This document shows positions 42,869 through 51,945 of a stretch of DNA of 64,000 nt, piece after piece. The position numbers and the translations under genes are program-made. Below the pieces are notes generated by a model. The model was not told where the DNA came from. It worked only from the letters and a program-made list of their open reading frames with translations, and did not search any database. Origin of the DNA: Catajapyx aquilonaris (Eukaryota). Numbering within the stretch: the first letter of the stretch is position 1; each line of letters opens with the position of its first letter. Where the stretch lies: assembly GCA_000934665.2 (NCBI GenBank), contig KZ538318.1, forward strand, positions 1 to 64,000, in the 5' to 3' direction.

Positions 42869-42927
42869 GTAAGTCGCACCTTATGACCCCCATTGTTATA
42901 AATTGACCATCTATTTTTTTCCTTCAG

Positions 42928-43022
42928 ATTCAACCGCAATTGTGCGGTGGACAAAGACAGGAGGAACCAATGCCGGTACTGTAGATTACGGAAGTGCTTC
43001 AAAGCTGGAATGAAAAAAGAAG
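42928..43022 (+). CDS. HNF4: HNF4 zinc finger 2 ([31 protein letters not shown])
   Basis: cttcag and gtaagg boundaries; 95 nt; preceded by a 59-nt intron. Confidence 0.97.
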
Positions 43023-43867
43023 GTAAGGTGTAGAGCTTGCAGGGTCAAAGGTTGTCTTCAAAGTCTCCTACATGGCTGGCTGGAGTGTGTGCACTGACCT
43101 GGCCATACGGTATAAATAGCACCCGTGCTGCAGCGTGTGTAATATGCATGTTGGTGTCAAAGGGCAGCTGCTGGCCCAAGCGCATGACAATGGCTAGTGG
43201 TCATCGGAGGGGGCCCAGCTTCTAAGAAACACGTGACCCTAGACTGCTCAGCTGCACATGTTTTTATTTCTCCGATTACGAGCAGCCTTGCCTTCTCCAG
43301 ACGCATTCCTTAGTCATCAAAAAAGGTCTTTATCAAGGCGTCAAATTGCAGGCTGCATCACCTAGCACCGGATGGACAGTGTTGCTGGCCTCACATTTCC
43401 ATTTTAGGCTTTTCAATCCAACAGGCCACAATAAGCAAAAAAAAAATTGTTAAATGTTGATTTGAGTGAAAATTGAATTCATAGGGGCGCTGACCTACCC
43501 GTGACGAGATTTCAATAATCCGTGGTTGTGACCAGCAATGGTGTGTCCAGGGGTGAGACAATGGGGTGTGGGTTTCTTTGCTGGTGTGAGTGTACCCAAG
43601 CAGGTTCGTCGAGCTGAAATGACTCGCAAGGTCCCCCTTATAATATTTACGACGCAGGCGTGCTCGTCGTCTCAGGAGCCTCGTTTACAACCCCTTAGGG
43701 TCAGGGGTCAACCTGCCATGCTGGTCAATGTGAGCTTTGTGGTGCCTCCTGTAGCCACGCGTGTGAAATATATAGCGATTTGATATTTGGTACAGGCTGG
43801 TTCAAAATTTGTGTTTGATATATTTTTTCTTAATTGTGTGTTTATATGTGTGTGATTTTTTTTGCAG

Positions 43868-44001
43868 CTGTTCAAAATGAACGGGATCGAATTAGCTGTC
43901 GCAGACCGAGTTACGAGGAGACTCCGTCGTCACATGGACTCAGTGCTACAACACTGCTTCATGCAGAAATGCTGTCCAGGCAGGTGGGAGGGCCACTGGA
44001 G
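43868..44001 (+). CDS. HNF4: HNF4 hinge exon (AVQNERDRISCRRPSYEE...AEMLSRQVGGPLE)
   Basis: ttgcag acceptor; donor gtcagt at 44002, with an alternative in-frame donor gtggga at 43984. Confidence 0.92.
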
Positions 44002-44982
44002 GTCAGTTACACATTTATTGCTCCTCAGTGTAGACCGTTCCAGACCGCTTATGTTTTGACAAAGAATAGGTCCAATCAGAGCACCTTGGTGATTGACAAA
44101 TTAACAACTATGGCTGTCAACACAATGAGCACACAAAGACACATAAACTCCCATGTTGACTAATTATTATTTTATGATTTAATAATTAGAGTGTTGAATT
44201 ACGAGCCAGACGAAAACATTTTTTTTCGAGACACAACTATCATCGTAATGGGTTATTTGTTTATGATTTGCGATACATACACATCCTGTCTGGTTGATCG
44301 ACCTTCACTGACTTGTGAGTGATAAACAGCCGGATTTTGGCAAATTTTTGATCATGGTCGAACCGTGAGCCCCACCGTTTATTGCACGGGGTGGAATGAA
44401 AATTCTGTGGCAATCGCCAAGATGCAAGGCCTCATTTGAAAACAATAGTCACAAGAGAGGCCGTGATATGAAATAGTAATTATTGCACGTTCGAGAAGAC
44501 GGGATGAAGAAGGAAGTTTATGCTTGCAGGCGGAAAAGGTGCCATTCGACTTGCTGTTGCTTCAGTGCCTCCATTTGACTGCCATGGAAACTAGGTCGCA
44601 TTAATAGGGTGGAAATAACGAACTATGTAGTGAGCACACGATATTTTTTTTGCATTTTTGTACCCATTGACCTATTTAGAAATAGGGGCTTACATGCAAT
44701 AAGCAAGCAAGTAGATCAGGAAGGTGTAAAAGGGCCACTTGTCTTTTTTGGCACTTTAGTGCAGTATAAAAATTTGCAACCCCCCTTTGTACACGAGCGG
44801 CAGGGCTTTTTGCCAGTATGTCAATCGTAACACTACGAAAATAGCTAAACTACAACCGGCCATATTGTGGCAAGGACAACACGGTTCTGGTTCCTCCACA
44901 CTGCTTTCTTATTATCCAATTTTTCTCTGCATTTCCTTTCCACAGATTAGTTATGTTGGCATTGTTTACATTTTTATAGCAG

Positions 44983-45129
44983 ATGACACCTCATCCCGAG
45001 TACGACTGGAGCAACAATAGAATAGCCAGCATCGACGACATCTGCGACTCCATGAAACAGCAACTGCTGATCCTGGTCGAATGGGCCAAATACATCCCGG
45101 TGTTCGGGGAGCTTCCTCTGGACGATCAG
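44983..45129 (+). CDS. HNF4: HNF4 LBD exon ([31 protein letters not shown])
   Basis: TAGCAG tandem acceptor (44980 or 44983); nuclear receptor signature WAK..F..L...DQ; the donor is GC. Confidence 0.93.
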
Positions 45130-45723
45130 GCGCGTACTTCGATCATCATCAATCCAACAGCTCGAAGGGGTCAAAGTCGACACCATACGTAACTTGCCTG
45201 TAGTAGTCAGTCTCAGTGCTATCTCTTCAGAACGTCTCGATCTGCAAATTCTCGACCGATTATTTTTAGTGCCGGTTGAACCTTCTGAAACGGCATGAGT
45301 GAGAGCAGGGTCCAACAGCGATCGTGTTTCTATCTCTTTATTACTCATATGCCTCTCTCATATTTTTTATGAGGTGGTTTTATCGCCACTCCTGGAGACT
45401 ATGGACTAGACAGTGAGTTCATACCTGAGTCACTTGCTGTATATCAGAAATAGCGCAAAATCAATCCGGAGTAATCTGGAGAAGGACAGTTTAGCACGTG
45501 TGTGTGTAGGGAATCCAATACATAGTCTAATACAAATATTTTTTTATGGACATTCAATGGAGCGATAGGTTCCTTGTGATAAACACAGAGTAAGTCAAGG
45601 TCAGCTGTGACCAAATTTTGAAACAAATATTGAACCCTTAGCTGGATTGTTGATGTTTCTGACAGCCAATGTGATTTCGACTCTGCAGCTGAATGCATTG
45701 TAGTCTAATGATGTATTTTACAG

Positions 45724-45844
45724 GTGTCCTTATTACGGGCTCATGCTGGAGAGCACCTACTTTTGGGGGTGGCTCGAAGATCCATGCACCTGAAGGATGT
45801 TCTTCTACTCGGGAATGACTCGATAATAACCAGAAACGGAGGAG
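45724..45844 (+). CDS. HNF4: HNF4 LBD exon ([32 protein letters not shown])
   Basis: ttacag and gtaggg boundaries; HNF4-diagnostic [13 protein letters not shown]. Confidence 0.96.
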
Positions 45845-46034
45845 GTAGGGCTCATTTCAATTAGACTTCGACATACAGTTTTGTTTCCTTTCTTTTTTTA
45901 AATGGCAAGTACGGTGAATACAGTAAGGTGCCGTACTTGCCAAAATGTTAAAAGTATCAGATATGCATGGCTGAATAGATGGGACAGAGACTAGGTCTGT
46001 CCCATTCAAGCCCTGTCCTCTTTGTCCGGTACAG

Positions 46035-46157
46035 TAGACCTGGACATAAGTCAAGTTGGAGCTAGAGTGATGGACGAGCTTGTGAAGCCCTTCAGAGACG
46101 TCCAGATCGACGACACCGAGTTCGCCTGCCTCCGAGCCATCGTCTTCTTTGATCCCA
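46035..46157 (+). CDS. HNF4: HNF4 LBD exon (VDLDISQVGARVMDELVKPF...FACLRAIVFFDP)
   Basis: CAGTAG tandem acceptor; donor gtgagc; AIVFFDP motif. Confidence 0.95.
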
Positions 46158-46751
46158 GTGAGCTCAATCTCGTGTTTCTCTCTTCGGACTTGCTCCGTGC
46201 ATGCTCTCTCCACTCTTTCCATCTTCTTCTCTTCCCTATCAATGCACAACTTATCACATTTTGATTGGTAACATTAACAAAAGCAGTGCACTCTACATGC
46301 AGGATGAAGATGTACAATGGAAATTCAAGCATGTGATTGAAGAAGCTTTTTTTTTTTGGTGACTTCTTACAAAATCATTTTAATTGTCAGTCACACAGCA
46401 ACAAATTGCTAGTTTTGGTGAGATGTACATGGAGCTATACAACTATCATTAGCGCTCACCTAGTTTTTGGTGTTCTGATTGTTGTGTAGGCTAGTGCCAG
46501 AATGTGCCAAAATTTTCTTTTGGAAGGTAGCATGTAGCACATGGTACTGAATCACCCTGCATGCTGTAGTGTAGCACTGAACATTTGCTGAAAATTCATA
46601 TGCTGCCAAGTGCAGCATTTTATGTGGCATGTTTACAGCACTGCACACTTGAAAAAGACCCAAGCGCACAGTGTGATTTTCTTGCAAAAGAGAAGAACAG
46701 GACTTGATATAAACTCATTGACGGAATGGTAAACAGGCATTTCCCCAGCAG

Positions 46752-47180
46752 ACGCGCGAGGACTGAGCGATGCTGGTCGTATCAAAGGCCTTCGTTTCCA
46801 AGTCCAGCTCCTGCTCGAGGACTACATCAGTGACAGGCAGTACGAGTCCAGGGGACGGTTTGGGGAGATCCTTCTGACCCTGCCAGCCCTGCAGTCCATC
46901 ACCTGGCAGATGATCGAGCAGATCCAGTTCGCCAGGGTCTTCGGAGTGGCCCACATTGACAATCTCCTCCAAGAGATGCTCCTCGGAGGAACCACGGCTG
47001 ATGGTGCAGCCAACAACTCCAGCAATGCAACAACTCCTACCAATGCCAGTGTCCCAACTGTTGTTGGGAACTCTTCTGCCACCACGGCTGTCACCACCAC
47101 AGCCAATGGCCCTCCCGTTACAATGTATGGGCAGCCACATGTTCCACTCACTTCCAATACCACATCTTTTCCACCAACAG
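46752..47180 (+). CDS. HNF4: HNF4 LBD C-terminus, AF-2 ([12 protein letters not shown]) and start of F domain
   Basis: CAGCAG tandem acceptor; [27 protein letters not shown]; donor gtatgg. Confidence 0.95.
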
Positions 47181-47581
47181 GTATGGTTAAGTGACACTTC
47201 ACACATTAGTATACTGATATCATAACACGCTATCTTCTGATGCCAAATGAAGCCTCATTTTTCAGAGTGTGGGATGTCATTTCCGTTGCTGTAAATTAAA
47301 AATTATTTCAATGATGACACGATTTCAAACTTGAAAAAAATCAGCAAACTGCTTGCATTCAATTAAACAACAAAAATTAAATACTGTTGTCAAAAATTTA
47401 GATGATGATACTAGTCGACCTCCAAGCACGTATGGTTTGGCCAAGGGGGTGACCACTCCCCCAAAAAATGTACACCAGTTCCATGATGTGGTTACCCCCT
47501 CGGGTTTGGGGCAGCTTGAAGGCAACTTGAAACGGAAAGAACATATTTTGAGTCCTGATTAAACCAAGATTGATCTTCCAG

Positions 47582-47832
47582 GATCTTCAGCTGTGGTTCC
47601 AGTGCCTCCTCCACCACCACCTCCACAGGTGAACTCGCCTCCAGTGACCAACGGCCATATGGGATTGACCAATGGTGGGTTGCAGCACCCGCATTCGCAC
47701 ATGCACCCTCACGCGCATTCCCACACATCTCCACATACATCTCCGCTCATGCCAGAGGACCATACGTACAAGATGGTGGTTGGTCAGCCTGGAAATGAAT
47801 TCAAGCAGGAACCTTCCATAGATTATACGTGA
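47582..47832 (+). CDS. HNF4: HNF4 terminal F-domain exon (Pro/His-rich, ends FKQEPSIDYT-stop)
   Basis: ttccag acceptor in the correct phase (alternative in-frame acceptor at 47591); open to TGA; terminal psi-KxE motif. Confidence 0.8.
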
Positions 47833-49259
47833 CTTATGTGCCTTAACTCTCACCAGAAGTTGTATGTATGAGATGTGATGGCTGGTGGGGGTTTTTGTTG
47901 TCAAGAAAAAGCAATTAATTTTTAAAAGGGTGGACCACGTTGTACTGTTGGTTGGATCGTAGTGATGTGTACATTGACAGACTCGGCGAATATTTTAAAT
48001 ACATTCCTAGAGAGTGCCAAATTCTACTTAATACTGTTGGACTGCACAAATGGCAGCAAGAATGTGATATAGTCTGTGTGCGCATTTCCACCCGTCCAAA
48101 GCATTTCAGTCAGAGGTAAACTTCGACATAAAAAGGGCACCATTCAGTTCACTCTATTATTGATTGAACATTTGGCATTCCCAGTCCCTGAATAGTAGCA
48201 ATTTTCATGCCAACTTTCTTGGCAACTGTTTCAGATGAAGTTTTAAATGTGAGATTACCTAATAAGCTAAGGCCCAGCTGTACCAACAACTAATAATAAG
48301 AAAATCTCAGATTATAATTATTGCAGTGGGATTACTCATACATAATCAAGGACTTTCCCTAATTTTCTTTGGTACAGCTAACACTGAACTTGAGCGTATC
48401 ACATTCAGCAGACAATATTTTAATTTGTGATTACCTTGACAATCAGCAAGAGTTGCATCCCTCCATTAACACTTGTTTTGGACAGCCCTAGTGCAGGGAA
48501 TTATTTGTGTAGCAATGATAGCAGGGTATCTCATAAACCAAGAGTGACGAGCAGGAACCTTTTCATGTCGAGGTCAACATCAGTAGTTTGAAACATTGCA
48601 GATAAAAGCAAGGTTGTGAATTCGGATGCAAAATATAGATCTCTTTACGTCTTCACTGAAACAACTCAATCAAGTCACATTGCTACAATGCCACGAACTT
48701 AATATTTTAATTTATTTTTTATTTCTTATTTTTTTGGGTATGTCAGGCAAATGGTTTTGGGAAATACTGAGGACTTGTTTTTATCAATACATGTTAATCT
48801 AGTTTAATAATGCATATGTTCTGTAGTGCAGTTAGGATTAGGTATTGATACTTGTTGAATGAGAGACAATAAGGTTTGGTATTCATTGTATATTTTGTAT
48901 ATGGTGTTGTACCATCAGTGAAGTAGGAAGGCAGTCTCACCATCTGTATCATGAATTACCCAGTCTATAATTACACAATCGCTTTCAAAACACAAAAATG
49001 ATGCATAGTTCCTAATAAGACAAGGACAACTGTCAATATTATGTGCACTTAATTTTTTATATACAAAAGTGGAAAATCCCAAGACATTTTTGAGGCACAA
49101 GTGTTAGTTCCTATAGAATATTTTGGTACTTAACATGGATAATAAGACTGGAGCAAAAATAAATGTGTGTGTGCTTGTGATCCTTGTCATAAAGGAAATG
49201 CAAATGGTAGCATGTTCTTATTAGTCTATAGAATCATCCTGAAATATGCGGAGGAAATA

Positions 49260-49493
49260 TTACGAGGCTTCCATTTCAGTGAACTTTCTCTTGCGATGCT
49301 GTTCAACCAGCCTCGCCTTCCCTATTCGACCAGTGTCTCTTCGAAGCCAGTCACAGAGGTTTCCAAGTCCAACTTGACCAGCAGCAAAAAGACCTTTTTC
49401 CAACTGATCCAGGGTTGCTGTCAACGCTCCAAAATCACCCTTCAGGCTGTTCTGGGACACATCCATCAAACGCCTGAAGCGATCTTTGAAGGT
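49260..49493 (-). CDS. GINS3: GINS complex subunit Psf3, exon 3 (TFKDRFRRLMDVSQN...HRKRKFTEMEAS-stop)
   Basis: tctag acceptor on the minus strand; RFRRxMDxSQN and C-terminal KRKF motifs of Psf3. Confidence 0.93.
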   Translation of the reverse strand, partial: TFKDRFRRLMDVSQNSLKGDFGALTATLDQLEKGLFAAGQVGLGNLCDWLRRDTGRIGKARLVEQHRKRKFTEMEAS

Positions 49494-49857
49494 CTAGACA
49501 TGTAAATAAAATTGCATGATTAATCATACACACTTTGCATCCTGCTAAATGCAACGATTGCATGAAGTTGTCATTAGTGTGTCCCAGTCCCGACACACAT
49601 ACGATACGGTAATTAAATCTAAAAGGCTCCGCCATGCGGGTAATTTGGCCCCAACAGTCGGCTACCGCTGCCAGCCTTCTGAATCCTAATCTGCGAACGC
49701 CCTCTGAGGAAAGAATGGTTTGGGTTGGTTCTGAATGCGGCCAACCCAAACCGACCCTAGCCTTTTCTATTGACCAACCTTCAACTGCCTTCAACAAGGG
49801 GTTGGGCTGGATGTGTCGGGGCTGGTGTGTCCCAACAATGTGGAAAGGGCATGTTAC

Positions 49858-50132
49858 CTGTACTAAAGAGGCAGCAATTTCATCCGCATCACTTGGATTG
49901 AAGTCAAGCACATAGAGCCCAACCTCATAAAAGAAGGGGCCGAGTCTGTGCAGATCCACGACTAGTGCTCCAGCCTTAAAGATATCCCTGTAGGCCTCTT
50001 TGTATGGCCTGGGAATGTCCACAACCACGACCTGTGGCCGCTGGCTCCCAAGTGCAGTCGCCAACCACAGAGGAAGCTGCATACTCGTCCCCTCGGCCAG
50101 ATCCTCCTCAGTTGATGACGGGTCTAGGAAAC
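49858..50132 (-). CDS. GINS3: GINS complex subunit Psf3, exon 2 (GFLDPSS...LPLWLA...VDLHRLGPFFYEVG)
   Basis: gccag and gtaaca boundaries; LPLWLA and VDLH motifs; phases fit exons 1 and 3. Confidence 0.93.
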
Positions 50133-50246
50133 CTGGCAGACAAGCATTGGTACTTGTTACACACACACACTGTACTTCGTGAGTACTACAAGTACATTTA
50201 ACCATGTCCATGTGCATTGTATATGACCGTCATTGACATACGGTAC

Positions 50247-50355
50247 CTAGCCTGGGCAACTTGAACGCCAGCTTGCAGGGCACCTTCTCCTGCGTGCAGA
50301 GGATGTCGTCCAGGCAGAAGTAGTGGGGCACGTAGCTCCAGGTCGCCGCAGCCAT
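50247..50355 (-). CDS. GINS3: GINS complex subunit Psf3, exon 1 (MAAATWSYVPHYFCLDDILCTQEKVPCKLAFKLPRL)
   Basis: aggATGg start; YFxLDDILxxQEKVPC motif; donor gtaccg. The spliced product is 205 aa. Confidence 0.92.
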
Positions 50356-51627
50356 CCTCCCGACGTCTCTCTGACGGGTGTGTCTGTGTCACCAGCCAAA
50401 TTCCGGGGACAGTCGGACAAGCCCAGAAGAGCAACAGTGGGCTGAGTGGAGTGTACAATGAGCGTGCACCGGTCAGATTTCGCATCCACGTTTGAAACGA
50501 ATGGGGAAAAAAAAGACAACGTGCGACTGCAGCGACTCGCTGCGAGTGGCGGGGTCACACTTTCGGACCTACAAAGCGTAGCTACTGCTTGTCCAAAGCG
50601 GCACTTTGGGTGGTAATCAAAAAATGAGAAAACTTCAATGCAATGAAATTTCAATTTAAAAAGCAAGCAGATAATTAAAGGGCCTCATACGACGAGTTGG
50701 ATCCTTATTGTTAGTTGTAGGCGTGGATTTTTCACTTATCCGATTCACTCGAATAGTTTACTTTAGTCAGCTAATCTTGCAAATCTTGCAATGCGAACAT
50801 TTCCCTCTCAGCCGTCTCAGGCCAGTCTTAAAAAGTCTTAAATATTAGTGACCGATTGTTAACAATAGTGTGAACCAGTGTCAACCGTGTGAACTTCAAC
50901 ATTGAAACTAGAGAGCATTGAAACCTGCAACCATTGAACCATGATTGAAACCTTGCAGTCATCTTGTGAAACATTGAATCTTCATTCTCTCGCAACGTTC
51001 TTTCAAATCGCTCTTAATCTCAGTTATTTAAAGCAGCTATTTTGTGTAACATAGCCACTGAAGGAAAGAAGCGCCATAACTGGCCATAACACTCACTCCT
51101 CAAATTAATTCCCATAGCCAGTACAATTCAACGCATATTCATATACTTGAATCATTAAAATTAGTATCGCCATAAACTAATTCACTTCGAACCAGGATCG
51201 ATTTTACCCACTGCTACATCCACGCTATACGGCGAGTCCCGTTAACCTCCATATGTGAGAGAGCGTACAGTTGTCCCAACCCGTGCTCGTATATGGCACC
51301 CTATTTGTTCGGCGTAGGGAACTACTTTTCTCGAGCGCATCAGTTCCTTCCTACAAGTCTGTAGTGATTCGGCCCTTCATCCCCCCCAGCCCCTTTCCCT
51401 TTCCTCCCTCCCCCTCCCCCCCCATATGCACAAATCGGAGAAGGGGGGGTGAGGGAGCAGGGAGGGGGCGGGGAAGGGGGTCGAGTCCCGACTGGCGATG
51501 ATGGTCGTGTGTGATATGTGCGCTGCTGGATCGGAGGTCGGACGTCCAAGCAGCCGGGAGGACGGCAGCAGCAACAGACAGCAGCTCAGGCCACGAACCA
51601 ACTAGAGAAGGAGAACACTCGTTGACG
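50356..51627. promoter_or_regulatory. Head-to-head (bidirectional) promoter region and 5' UTRs of GINS3 and AMFR
   Basis: Divergent ATGs 1.27 kb apart; GGTCACACT (Drosophila Motif 1-like) at 50553-50561; TCAGTT Inr-like at 51340-51345. Confidence 0.6.
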
Positions 51628-51945
51628 ATGCCGGTGGTGCTATTGGACCGGCTGCCCCTGCCCAGCCTCGAGGCGTACACGGTCATCAGCGTGCTGCTCC
51701 TGTCATGTTCCCTCTACTACGGGGCACAGGTGACGGGGGATCCCGGCTGGAGGCTCAACTACACGGCGGCCGCAGAGGCTGCTGGAGTACCCGGACCAGG
51801 AGGACTGCAGCACACGGGGGGCTCTTCCGGGTCCGCGCCGGGACTCGGGGCCAACTTGACTGGGTTGGACCCGGCCGACGTCGGATGGGGCCTGCATCCG
51901 GGGGACGTCGTCGTCTTCATGTTTCAGGAGCCCCTCTGCATATGG
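51628..51945 (+). CDS. AMFR: E3 ubiquitin ligase AMFR/gp78, first coding exon (MPVVLLDRLPLPSLEAYTVISVLLL...FMFQEPLCIW)
   Basis: N-terminus resembles AMFR (MP..L.R.P.PSL..YT..S) with a hydrophobic TM segment; ends at W with a strong gtgagt donor in phase 0. No further exon recognised up to 64000. Confidence 0.85.

Noticed and set aside
49435..50217. 260-aa minus-strand ORF
   Set aside because: It is GINS3 exon 2 read through flanking introns; splice sites give the conserved protein.
51511..51627. N-terminal extension of AMFR in the ORF track
   Set aside because: Starts at GTG; family similarity begins at the ATG at 51628.
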